From an uncultured Alphaproteobacteria bacterium (lineage in GTDB: Bacteria; Pseudomonadota; Alphaproteobacteria; Micropepsales; Micropepsaceae), in contig OY970252.1 of assembly GCA_963715545.1 (NCBI GenBank), positions 763,522-827,521 of the forward strand: a DNA stretch of 64,000 nt. The letters are read 5' to 3'. A program made the position numbers and the translations under genes. Within the stretch, counting starts at the first letter, position 1; each line of letters opens with the position of its first letter. Positions 46,412-56,633 of the stretch are shown piece by piece. The notes under the pieces are model-generated. The model made no database searches, had not been told where the DNA came from, and was given only the letters and a program-made list of their open reading frames with translations.

Positions 46412-46687
46412 CTATCCTTTTGGGGACGCTTGTTCCAGAAGGCCTTTTTGCAAATTTATTAGCCGATGTACCGCGTCCGTCCATTCCGCGTTCGCAAGGT
46501 CCGACATCGCTGGGTCTAGTCCCGGAAACATTTGCTGACCAGCTTCTAGCGCGAATTGGTCTAGCGCGGCTTTCGCGCCTTCGATTGATCCCGTATGCGC
46601 CAACATCATCGCCGAATAGGCCTTGCACGTGAGATATTCGAGCGCAGAGAGGCGCATTTCGAGTTTGAGCGTTTCTTCAGTCATCAT
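46412..46687 (-). CDS. Hypothetical 91-aa IS passenger protein
   Basis: AAGGA RBS; clean ORF co-oriented with tnp. Confidence 0.6.
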   Translation of the reverse strand: MMTEETLKLEMRLSALEYLTCKAYSAMMLAHTGSIEGAKAALDQFALEAGQQMFPGLDPAMSDLANAEWTDAVHRLINLQKGLLEQASPKG

Positions 46688-46808
46688 GGCTACGGTTCCT
46701 TGGTCTTTCGCAAGTCCAAGGATAAGCGGAACGGGGACCGGGAGTCAGTCCCGGTCCCGTTCTAGCAACAGCAGAATTAGCCGGAGTTTGTCGCGGCCTT
46801 TGCGGAAT

Positions 46809-47777
46809 TTACGCGAGATTGGCTTGTTTACGAGTTGTTTCGTAGGTCAGGCGCTTCCCGCGCACGCCCTTCAGCGCCTCTTGCGTGCGCATTTCATCAT
46901 CGAAACCGAGACGAGCGCGGGTGTTCTGCCGGAAATCGAATTCGTGCAAATACCGCTGCAAATGCTGGGTTTCACAGTGCTGATAGACGCCGATCATGCC
47001 GCGCTTGAAGATCGAAAAGACGCCCTCGACGGTATTGGTCGAGGCATCGCCGCGCCGATATTCGTCCTTGCTGTGATTCACGGTTGCGTGGCTCTTTACG
47101 CTGCTTTCAATGCCGGGATAAAGAACCAACTCGTCCGTCCGCAGATGCGCCGAACGAGCGACGAAATGCTTGATGACTTCGTGCATATCCCGCTTGCGCA
47201 GCATAGGCATATAGAGCGACTTGACCCGTCCGCCGCGCTCCACAAGGGCCACCACGGCGTTCTTGGTGGACGATCCGCGCTTGTCGGCAGGCATATCCGC
47301 CTTGCGGCCAATATAGGTCTCGTCCACTTCGACATAGCCGCCGAAGCCGCCCATTGGGGTCGGCATACCGGACGGTTTCATGGCCTCGCGAATACGCATC
47401 CCGAGGAACCAAGCGGTCTTCATACCGACGCGCAAGGTCCGCTGAAGCTGGCGGGTCGAAATGCCCTTCTTGGACGAGCAAAGCAGGTAGATCGCCTGAA
47501 GCCAGATACGCAGCGGCGCATGGCTGGACTCGAAAACCGTCCCGACCCGAACCGTGAATTGCTTGCGGCAGGCATAGCACTTGCGCAGGCCGATACAGAC
47601 CTTGCCTTCCGGGTTCTTCTTGGAAGGCTTCGACCGGACGCCCGCGAGGCTTCCAATGTGTTCGGACGTTGCCCCGCAGAACGGGCACACCGGGCCGGTC
47701 GGCCAGAGCCACGCTTCCACAAACGCAAAAGCCGCTTCCTCACTGTGAAAATGGGGCTCGGAAAGAATGGATGACAT
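46809..47777 (-). CDS. IS1595-family (ISXO2-like) transposase
   Basis: WPTGPVCPFCG zinc ribbon, KTAWF..RIREAM, VEVDETYIG, LRTDE, TNTVEGVFSIFKR, HLQRYLHEFDFR. Confidence 0.95.
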   Translation of the reverse strand: MSSILSEPHFHSEEAAFAFVEAWLWPTGPVCPFCGATSEHIGSLAGVRSKPSKKNPEGKVCIGLRKCYACRKQFTVRVGTVFESSHAPLRIWLQAIYLLCSSKKGISTRQLQRTLRVGMKTAWFLGMRIREAMKPSGMPTPMGGFGGYVEVDETYIGRKADMPADKRGSSTKNAVVALVERGGRVKSLYMPMLRKRDMHEVIKHFVARSAHLRTDELVLYPGIESSVKSHATVNHSKDEYRRGDASTNTVEGVFSIFKRGMIGVYQHCETQHLQRYLHEFDFRQNTRARLGFDDEMRTQEALKGVRGKRLTYETTRKQANLA

Positions 47778-48506
47778 GACGCAATCTCCTGTTATCCGAG
47801 AGACTACGCCTAGCGACTGGGTTAGTCAAGTGAAACATCGCCCCGCTGGCAAAAGGGGCAGTCGGGCAATCCCAAGGGGCGGCCGAAGGGGTCGGGGAAG
47901 GCGATTATCGGGCTGGGCGACAGTGTGGCCTTCATCGGGCGTGTCGCGACGGATTCTCCCGTCACCGCGACGAAAGATGGCGAGGTCGTTCAATCCACGC
48001 GTCTCATCCGCTGGACCAACACGCTCATGGAGAAGGCGGACGCCGGGGACGTCGGGGCCATCCGCACACTCTGCGGCTATGCCGCCCAATGGGATCGGGC
48101 CAAGCAACGGGCTAGCCAAAAAGCCGGCCAAGCTGTCGGCAAGAAGGCCGCGAGCCGAGACGCAGGCACGCGGAAAGTCAAATTCCGTGCTTTCGCAGAA
48201 ATTCAGTTCCCGGCGGCGCCCGCACCGACAGCGCCGCAGGCGCCGACAAAAGCCGCGGCCAAGCCGGCCGCACCTCCGTTAGTGGATCCAGATCCGCCGC
48301 CGGATTATGCGACATGGCTGAAACTTCATCCGGACGAGCCCCGGCGCCCGCCCGAACCCGCGACGGATAACAGGCGAGAACAGGCGAAAGATCAGGCGGA
48401 ATAACAGGCGAAGAACAGGCGGAATGCCGCCTGTTCCGGTCGCGAAAAGGCGCAGAAAGGCTGGGAAAATTCAGGGAACGAAAAAAAGAAAAACTGAGAT
48501 CGCGGT

Positions 48507-48655
48507 GGCCCCCCTTCCGCCTCGCTGCGCTCGGCACCTTCCCCCGCTAGGGGGAAGGCTAAGAAAGAAAGGCGCGAGCCAATTCTTTTTCTAACCTTCC
48601 CCCCTCGTGGGGGAAGGTGTCGCGCGGCGAGAGCCGCGTGACGGAAGGGGGGCCG
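48507..48655. repeat. Intact REP/REPIN-like element containing an empty IS110 target
   Basis: GGCCCCCCTTCCG...CGGAAGGGGGGCC with two CCTTCCCCC-N-GGGGGAAGG hairpins; TCGGCACCTTCCCC at 48531-48544. Confidence 0.88.
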
Positions 48656-48739
48656 CGGCGGATTGCACAATATTCGTCACGATTTGCCCTTGTTTAGCGG
48701 CTTCCTTATGAAGGCCGATCCCAAAGGTTTTCGACTCTC

Positions 48740-50059
48740 ATGCGTCTGTCCCGTTTTTTCCTGCCGCTTCTGAAAGAAACGCCGTCCGAGGCGCAGATCG
48801 TCTCGCATCGGCTGATGCTGCGCGCCGGCATGGTCCGGCAGGAAGCGGCCGGCATCTATGCCTGGCTGCCGCTGGGCTTCCGGGTGCTCAAGAAGATCGA
48901 ACGCATCGTTCGCGAGGAGCAGAACCGCGCGGGCGCCATCGAAATCCTCATGCCCACTTTGCAGCCGGCGGAATTCTGGAAAGAGACCGGGCGCTACGAC
49001 GCCTATGGCAAGGAGATGCTGCGCATCAAGGATCGCCACGAGCGCGAGCTGCTCTACGGTCCCACCAACGAAGACATGGTGACGGAGATTTTCCGCGCCT
49101 ATGTGCGCTCGTATAAGGCGCTGCCGCTCATCCTCTATCACATCCAGTGGAAATTCCGCGACGAGATCCGCCCGCGTTTCGGCGTCATGCGCGGCCGCGA
49201 ATTTCTGATGAAGGACGCCTATTCGTTCGACATCGACGCCGAAGCGGCGCGAAAGTCCTATAACCGCATGTATGTCGCGTATCTGCGCACGTTTGCGCGG
49301 CTGGGATTGAAATCGATTCCCATGCGCGCCGAGACAGGCCCGATCGGCGGCGATCTGAGTCACGAGTTCATCATCCTGGCCGAAACCGGCGAGAGCCAGG
49401 TGTTCTGTCACAAGGATCTCGTGGACATGCCCGTGCCGGACGAGAACGTGGATTTTTATGGCGATCTCGAACCGATCATTCGTTCGCGCACGAGCCTCTA
49501 TGCGGCGACGGAAGACAAGCACGATCAGGCGGAGTTCGAAGCGAAGGTGCCGGAAGACAAGCGGCTGTCGGCGCGCGGCATCGAGGTGGGCCACATCTTC
49601 TATTTCGGCTCGAAATATTCCGCGCCGATGCGCGCGGTGGTGGCCGGTCCCGACGGGCAGGAGCATGCCATCGAAGGCGGGTCCTATGGCATCGGCGTGT
49701 CGCGGCTGGTGGGCGCGATCATCGAAGCGAGCCATGACGATGCGGGCATCATCTGGCCCGAGCCGGTGGCGCCGTTCGACATCGGGCTGATCAATCTGAA
49801 GGCCGGCGATGCGGCGACCGACAAGGCCTGCGAAGAGCTTTACGCAAAATTGACGGCCGCTGGAAAAGATGTGCTGTACGACGACACGTCCGAACGGCCC
49901 GGCGCAAAATTCGCCAGTATGGATCTGATCGGCATCCCCTGGCAGGTCGTCGTCGGCCCGCGTGGATTGCAAAATGGATTGGTCGAAGTGAAGAGCCGCA
50001 GGACCGGCGCGAAAGAAGAAATGTCGGTCGATGCGGTGTTGAACCGGTTTGCCGGTTGA
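48740..50059 (+). CDS. proS: Proline--tRNA ligase (short alphaproteobacterial form)
   Basis: [56 protein letters not shown]. Confidence 0.97.
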   Translation: MRLSRFFLPLLKETPSEAQIVSHRLMLRAGMVRQEAAGIYAWLPLGFRVLKKIERIVREEQNRAGAIEILMPTLQPAEFWKETGRYDAYGKEMLRIKDRHERELLYGPTNEDMVTEIFRAYVRSYKALPLILYHIQWKFRDEIRPRFGVMRGREFLMKDAYSFDIDAEAARKSYNRMYVAYLRTFARLGLKSIPMRAETGPIGGDLSHEFIILAETGESQVFCHKDLVDMPVPDENVDFYGDLEPIIRSRTSLYAATEDKHDQAEFEAKVPEDKRLSARGIEVGHIFYFGSKYSAPMRAVVAGPDGQEHAIEGGSYGIGVSRLVGAIIEASHDDAGIIWPEPVAPFDIGLINLKAGDAATDKACEELYAKLTAAGKDVLYDDTSERPGAKFASMDLIGIPWQVVVGPRGLQNGLVEVKSRRTGAKEEMSVDAVLNRFAG

Positions 50060-50092
50060 CGGTTCAGGCTGATTGAAATGCGGAAGCGCTCC

Positions 50093-50275
50093 ATGAAAAA
50101 GACACGGAAGACAGAGAAGTTGTTTCCATGGAATTCCGCCGAGTACCTGAAAACCAATGATGACATTGTGAACTACTTGGAAGCAGCACTCGAAGATGGC
50201 GATCCGGCTCTCATGATTTTGGTGCTGGCTAATATCGCAAGCGCGCTAAAGCTGAAATCATCGGTGTCGCCCTGA
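50093..50275 (+). pseudogene. Truncated addiction-module antidote fragment (HI1420-like N-terminus, no HTH)
   Basis: WNSAEYLKTNDDIVNYLEAALEDGDPALM..VLANIA then stop. Confidence 0.6.
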
Positions 50276-50303
50276 TGGCCGACGCCTGCATCACTGCCAA
50301 ATT

Positions 50304-50471
50304 TCCCCTCTTCCCCGCAGGGGGAGAGGGTCAGGGTGAGTGGGTGTTCGTCACATACTCCGCGTTCGCTCGTGATGTCTCGTTGCGCTTTGCCTGCTTA
50401 GAAATGACTCTTTTCTCGCGCTGCGCGCGGTCCCACTCACCCCGACCCTCTCTCCCAAAGGGAGAGAGGGA
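50304..50471. repeat. REP-like palindromic repeat (CCCTCTC..GAGAGGG type)
   Basis: CCCCTCTTCCCCGCAGGGGGAGAGGGTCAGGGTGAGTGGG ... CCCACTCACCCCGACCCTCTCTCCCAAAGGGAGAGAGGG. Confidence 0.8.
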
Positions 50472-50482
50472 GAAGAGCTGAC

Positions 50483-51747
50483 ATGGCTTCGCCGACCCGC
50501 GCCTTTGCGCCGTTCGAATGGATGATCGCGCTGCGCTATCTGCGCGCCAAGCGCCGCGAAGGCTATGTCTCCGTCATTTCCATCATCTCGCTGATCGGCA
50601 TGGCGCTGGGCGTCGCCACGCTCATCATCGTGATGTCGGTGATGAACGGGTTCCGCCACGACCTGATGACGCGCATGCTGGGCGTCAACGGTCACGCCAC
50701 CGTGCAGAGCCTGGCAGGCCCGCTCACGGATTACGATGCGGTGGCCGCAAAGGTGCGCGCCGTTCCCGGCGTGCTGCGCGCGGCGCCCACCGTCGACGGG
50801 CAGGTTTTGGGCACGGCGAACGGGGCGGCGCAATTCGTGCTGGTGCGCGGCATGCGCGAAGCCGATCTCAAATCGCTCACCATCGTTTCGAACTCGCTGT
50901 CGGAAGGCGCGCTGGAACATTTCCATGGCGGCGATTCCGTCATCATCGGTTCGCGGCTGATGGAGAAGCTGCACCTCGAACCCGGCATGCAGATCACGCT
51001 CGTGGCGCCGCGGGGCAACGTCACGCCGTTCGGCGTCACGCCGCGGGTCAAGAGCTATACGATCGCGGGCACCTTCAATATCGGCATGTCGCTTTACGAT
51101 CAGACCTATCGTGTTCATGCCGCTGGAAGAGGCGCAGCTCTATTTCAATCAGGATCGCGCCGTCAGTTCGCTGGAAGTGATGGTTCGCGATCCCGACAAT
51201 ATCGATGCGATGGTCGAACCCATCATGAAGGCCGCCGGTCCGTTGTCGCGCGTGGTCACGTGGCAGGAGCTTGAACTCAACGTTCTTCGATGCGGTCCAG
51301 GTCGAGCGCAATGTGATGTTCCTGATCCTGACCCTGATCATTCTGGTGGCCGCGCTCAACATCATCTCCGGCCTTATCATGCTGGTGAAGGACAAGAGCG
51401 GCGATATCGCGATCCTGCGCACGATGGGCGCCACGCGCGGCGCCGTCATGCGCGTCTTCCTCATCGCGGGCGCCAGCATCGGCGTGACGGGTACGCTGGT
51501 GGGTTTCGTCGTCGGCGTGGTGTTCTGCCTCAACATCGAATCGATCCGGCAGGGCCTGTCGTCGCTCACCGGCACGCAGCTGTTCAATCCGGAAATCTAT
51601 TTCCTGGCCCACATGCCGGCGCGCATGGATGCGGGCGAAGTGATCGCTGTCCTGCTGATGTCGCTCACCTTGTCGCTGCTGGCGACGCTTTATCCGTCCT
51701 GGCGCGCGGCCCGTCTCGATCCCGTCGAGGCGCTGCGTTATGAGTGA
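50483..51747 (+). CDS. lolE: Lipoprotein-releasing ABC permease LolC/E (two frameshifts)
   Basis: [46 protein letters not shown]. Confidence 0.93.
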
Positions 51748-52453
51748 CGCATTCGCGGCCGGCGCGCTGCGCCTCGAACAAGTCACCCGCACCTTCAAGC
51801 AGGGCGAAGGCGTGCTCGAGGTTTTCGCGGACCTGACCGTGACTCTCAATCCCGGCGAGATGGTTGCGCTGGTCGGTCCTTCGGGCGCAGGCAAATCGTC
51901 GTTGCTGCATATGGCGGGACTGCTCGAAGCGCCGACCTCCGGCGAGATTTATATCAACGGTGCGGCGGCCTCATCATTGCCGGACAGCGAGCGCACGCGT
52001 CTGCGTCGCGACACGATCGGTTTCGTCTATCAGGCGCATCATCTGCTGCCGGAATTCTCCGCGCTCGAGAACGTGATGATGCCGCAGCTGATCGCCGGCA
52101 AGAGCCGCACAAATGCGAAGCAACAGGCGGAACGGCTGCTCACTCTGGTGGGCCTGAAAGAGCGGCTCGAACATCGCCCCGCGCAACTCTCCGGCGGCGA
52201 ACAACAACGCGTGGCCGTGGCGCGCGCGCTCGCCAATCGGCCGCGGCTGCTGCTGGCCGACGAGCCGACAGGCAATCTCGACCCGCGCACGGCCGCGGGT
52301 GTGTTCGAGATGCTCATCGAACTCGTGCATTCGGAAGGTGTCGCCGGCCTTGTGGCCACGCACAATCTGGAGCTGGCCGTGAAGATGGACCGCACGCTCA
52401 TCCTGCACGACGGCCGGCTGATCGACGGGCGCGAACTCAAACCCAAAGGCTGA
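51740..52453 (+). CDS. lolD: Lipoprotein-releasing ABC ATPase
   Basis: [37 protein letters not shown]. Confidence 0.93.
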   Translation: MSDAFAAGALRLEQVTRTFKQGEGVLEVFADLTVTLNPGEMVALVGPSGAGKSSLLHMAGLLEAPTSGEIYINGAAASSLPDSERTRLRRDTIGFVYQAHHLLPEFSALENVMMPQLIAGKSRTNAKQQAERLLTLVGLKERLEHRPAQLSGGEQQRVAVARALANRPRLLLADEPTGNLDPRTAAGVFEMLIELVHSEGVAGLVATHNLELAVKMDRTLILHDGRLIDGRELKPKG

Positions 52454-52506
52454 GTTCACGCCGTCACAAAACCATGCTGGAATTACCGTCTTTGATGGAG
52501 GCGAAC

Positions 52507-52851
52507 ATGGGAAATCCTGTCGTACATTTTGAAATCACGGCCAAGAACATCGAGCGGCTGCACGAGTTTTACAGCAAGGTGTTCGGCTGGAAGATCGACG
52601 CCAACAATCCGTTCAAATACGGCATGACCGACACCGGCGCGGGCTCCGGCATCAATGGCGGCATCGGTGAAACGACCGGCGCCGGGCACGTCACGATCTA
52701 TATTCAGGTGCCGAACATCGACAAGGCGCTGGAGCAGGTGGTGGCCGCCGGCGGCAAGATCGCGATGGCGAAGACGGACGTGCCAGGCGGCCCGACCTTG
52801 GCCCAGTTCAACGATCCTGCGGGTTTCATGATCGGGCTGATCCAGGGCTGA
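52507..52851 (+). CDS. VOC family protein
   Basis: MGNPVVHFEI...FYSKVFGW...GINGGI...AQFNDPAG. Confidence 0.88.
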   Translation: MGNPVVHFEITAKNIERLHEFYSKVFGWKIDANNPFKYGMTDTGAGSGINGGIGETTGAGHVTIYIQVPNIDKALEQVVAAGGKIAMAKTDVPGGPTLAQFNDPAGFMIGLIQG

Positions 52852-52870
52852 GAACGGCCGAAGCCATTTT

Positions 52871-52913
52871 GTTCTTATTACGTTCTTGACAGAACGAAAT
52901 AAGAACATATGCT
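52871..52913 (+). promoter_or_regulatory. Two alphaproteobacterial LexA boxes flanking a sigma70 -35
   Basis: GTTC-N7-GTTC (52871-52885), TTGACA (52886-52891), GAAC-N7-GAAC (52892-52906), TATGCT (52908-52913). Confidence 0.88.
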
Positions 52914-52933
52914 GCGTTTCCAAATTGGAGACG

Positions 52934-53044
52934 ATGGCGATGGCCTGGATGAAAGACGCAGCGGCGACAGCAGGGCTTCTGTTATTCATGGTGTGTTCCT
53001 TCGGCTTGGCCGACGTGGCGCAAGCCGCATTCGCCGCGATCTGA
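52934..53044 (+). CDS. 36-aa hydrophobic SOS small protein, SidA-like division inhibitor candidate
   Basis: GGAG RBS; MAMAWMKDAAATAGLLLFMVCSFGLADVAQAAFAAI; LexA-boxed and upstream of dnaE. Confidence 0.7.
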   Translation: MAMAWMKDAAATAGLLLFMVCSFGLADVAQAAFAAI

Positions 53045-53153
53045 CGCGGCGACGGACCTGTGGCCAAGGTTCTGTGGACAGACCGGTGGCGGTGCTCGCT
53101 GCGCCGTTTTCCGCGGCCATACTGACAGCGCACATCGATAGGGATTCGGCCGG

Positions 53154-56100
53154 ATGGCTGAGGCGCGCAAACCGGCTGCATTCGTCCATCTACGGGTGAA
53201 GAGCGCCTATTCGCTGCTCGAAGGCGCGATCCGGCCGAAAGAGCTGGCGGAGCTGGCGCGCGAGAATGCGATGCCGGCGGTCGGCCGTCACCGACGTCAA
53301 CAATCTGTTCGGCGTCTATGAGATCACCGAAACGCTGCGCCAAGCGGGCGTGCAGCCCATCGTCGGCGCCTGCTGTCGGTCGATCTCGACGAGGCGGCCG
53401 CCCCGACGTCCGGGATGATGACGCGCGCGACGCCGCCCAATCTGCCGCTGCTGGTGCAGAACGAGATCGGCTACCGCAATCTCACCAAGCTTCTGAGCGC
53501 CGCCTATCTCGGCGCCGAGCCGGGCGACTGGCCGCATGTCAAAGCCGCGACGCTCGCGCGCGCATGCCGAAGGACTGATCGCGCTGACCGGCGGGCCCGG
53601 CGGTCCGCTCAATCGGCTGATCGTGGAAGGCCAGCCGGATGCCGCGTCGGCACTTGCTCGACCGGTTGAAGGCGATGTTCGGCGACCGGCTCTATGTCGA
53701 GCTGCAGCGTCACGGCCTGCCGGAAGAGCGCGCCGCGGAAGAGCAGCTGATCGATCTGGCCTATGCGAAAGACCTCCCGCTCGTCGCCACCAATGACGTG
53801 CATTTCGGCAGCGCCGACATGTACGAGGCGCATGATGCGCTGCTCTGCATCGCCGACGGCACCTTCGTTTCGCAGGAGGATCGCCGGCGCGCTCACGCGC
53901 GAGCATCGCTTCAAGACGCCGGCCGAAATGGCGGCGCAATTCGCCGATCTGCCGGAAGCGATCGAGAACACGATCGAGATCGCGCAAGCGCTGCGCCTTC
54001 CGGCCCAAGAAGCGCAATCCCATCCTGCCGCAATTCGTGCCGGAATCCGGGCTCGCGCCCCGACGAGGAATTGACAGGCGCAGGCGGAAGCGGGGCTCGA
54101 CGCGCCGCCTGACGGAACATGCGCCGCTGCGCGGACGAGCAAGGTCTATCGACGACCGGCTGGCCTATGAGCTCGGCATCATCATCCGCATGGGATTTCC
54201 CGGCTACTTCCTGATCGTGTCCGATTTCATGAAATGGACGCGCGGGCAGGGCATTCCCGTCGGCGTGCGCGGCTCGGGCGCCACCTCGCTGGTGGCCTGG
54301 GCGCTCGACATCACCAATCTCGATCCCATCCGCTTCGGGCTGCTGTTCGAGCGCTTCCTCAATCCCGAACGCATCTCGATGCCGGACTTCGACATCGACT
54401 TCTGCCAGGAGCGGCGCGACGAAGTGGTGCGCTATGTGCAGCGACAAATATGGCGCGGACCGCGTCGCCCATATCATCGCGCTGGGTTCGCTGCAGGCGC
54501 GCGCCGCGGTGCGCGATGCGGGCCGCGTGCTGCAGATGCCGCTGGGCCTCGTCGACCGCATCGCCAAGCTGATCCCCAATCCGCCCGGCAAATCGATCTC
54601 GCTCACGGAGGCGATGGAGAGCGAGCCGCGGCTGCAGGCCGATCGCCGAGCAGGAACCGATGGCCGAGCGGCTGTTCGCGATCGTCGAGCAAGATCGAAG
54701 GGCTTTATCGCCACGCCTCCACCCATCCGGCCGGCGTGGTGATCGGCGACCGGCCGCTGGACGAGATCGTGCCGCTCTATCGCGATCCGCGCTCCGACAT
54801 GCCGGTGACGCAGTTCGATTACGAGGACGCGGAAAAAGCCGGCCTGGTGAAGTTCGACTTTCTGGGCCTGAAGACGCTGACCGTCATCGCCAAGGCGGAA
54901 GAGCTGCTCAAGACGCCGCGGCATCGATGCTCGACACGCAGACCATCGATTTCGACGACGCCGCCGACCTTCGAGATGCTGTCGCGCGGCGACAGCGTGG
55001 GCGTGTTCCAGCTGGAAGGCGCGGGCATGCGCGATCTGTTGCGCAAGATGAAGCCCGACCACATCAACGATCTCGTGGCGCTGGTGGCGCTCTATCGCCC
55101 GGGTCCGATGGATTCGATTCCCGAAATACATCGCCTGCAAGCGCGGCAAGGAGAAGCCGGAATATCTTCATCCCTCGCTGGAGCCGATCCTCAACGAAAC
55201 CTTCGGCGTGATGACGTATCAGGAAGACGTCATGCGCATCGCCCGCGAGCTGGCCGGCTACACCATGGGCGAGGCCGATCTTCTGCGCCGCGCCATGGGC
55301 AAGAAGATCGCCGCCGAGATGGCGACGCATCGCGAGACGTTTCATCAAGGGCGCGGGCGAGACGCGGCATTCCGCCGCGCGATCGCCGAACAGATTTTCG
55401 AACAGGCCGCGAAATTCGCGGGCTACGGCTTCAACAAGGGCCACGCCGCGGCCTATGCGCAGGTCGCCTATCAGACGGCCTATCTGAAGGCGAATTATCC
55501 GGTCGAATTCCTCGCCGCCTCCATGACGCTCGATATCGGCATCGACCGACCGGCTCAATATCTTCCGCCAGGAAGCGCAGCGGCTGGGCATCAAGGTCGC
55601 TGCCGCCGGACATCAACCGCTCCGAAGCCGTGTTCGCCTGCGATGCCGAAGCGAGCGTCGATCTTCTATGCGCTCGCCGCCGTGAAAGGCGTGGGCCGCC
55701 AGGCGATGGATCATGTGGTGGCGATGCGCGAGGCGGACGGTCCGTTCGCAAGCCTCGCCGATTTCGCGCGCCGCGTCGATCCGCAAGCTCGTCAACAAGC
55801 GCGCCTTCGAAAGTCTGGTGCGCGCCGGCGCCTTCGACAGCGCTCAGCGCGAACCGCCGCCAGCTGGTGGAAATCCTCCGACGCATCCTGAACGATGCGC
55901 GGCCGCAGCGCGCGCGAACGCGAGAGCGGGCCAGTCGACCCTGTTCGGCGACGACGCCTGCGGCCGAAGAGCTGCGCCTCGCGCCGATCGACGATTGGCT
56001 GCCGCATGAGCGGCTGGGCGAGGAATTCAGCGCCATCGGATTTTATCTTTCCGGCCATCCGCTGGACGGTTACGGCGCCGCGCTGAAGCGGCTGGGCGCC

Positions 56101-56619
56101 GTGACTTATGCGGCGCTGCTGGAAGACCGCCGCCGTTCCGGCTTCCGCGCCGTGCTCGCGGGCACCCTGATCCGAAACAGGAACGCCGCGGCCGCAACGA
56201 CCAGCCCTACGGCTTTCTCTCGCTTTCCGATCCCACCGGCATGTTCGAAGTGATGATGTTCTCCGAAGTGCTGGTGGCCTCGCGCCCGCTGCTCGAAGCG
56301 GGCAAGTCGTCCTGCTGTCACGGTCGCGCCGACTGGGATCGACGACGAACTGAAGCTGCGCGCGCTCTCGGTCGCCGATCTCGACCAGGCGGCGGCCGAC
56401 GCGGGCGAGGGCCTGCGCATCTATCTCGAAGACACGCGACCCCTCAACGCCATCGCCGGCCAACTGCGCCAGGCGGGCAAGGGCCTTGTGACCTTCGTGG
56501 TGCCCGGCACGGCGGGGCGAGGAGGTCGAAATCAAACTCAAGGACCGCCTGCAGGTGACAGCCGCCTCCGCAACGCGATCAAATCGCTCCCAGGCGTGGC
56601 GGCGGTGGAGACGTTGTAA
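53154..56619 (+). CDS. dnaE: DNA polymerase III alpha subunit (many frameshifts)
   Basis: [73 protein letters not shown]. Confidence 0.96.
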
Positions 56620-56633
56620 TCAAACACGCGGGA

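Larger units (their letters stand above)
45491..47842 (-). mobile_element. IS1595-family transporter element with passenger genes
   Basis: IRs GGCGATGTTTCACTT(C/G)AC(A/T)AACCCAG, 24/26 identical; 8-bp TSD CCGCTGGC (45483-45490, 47843-47850). Confidence 0.93.
45460..48404 (+). pseudogene. DUF5681-family gene split by the IS1595 element (45460-45490 + 47851-48404)
   Basis: Removing the IS and one TSD gives an in-frame MSNNGVKTRWQKGQSGNPKGRPKGS...; GGAG RBS and a TTGACG-17-TATATA promoter upstream. Confidence 0.85.

Noticed and set aside
44671-48660. Prophage or integrative island
   Set aside because: No integrase, structural genes or att repeats; explained by a TA pair, one DUF5681 gene, an IS and a REP
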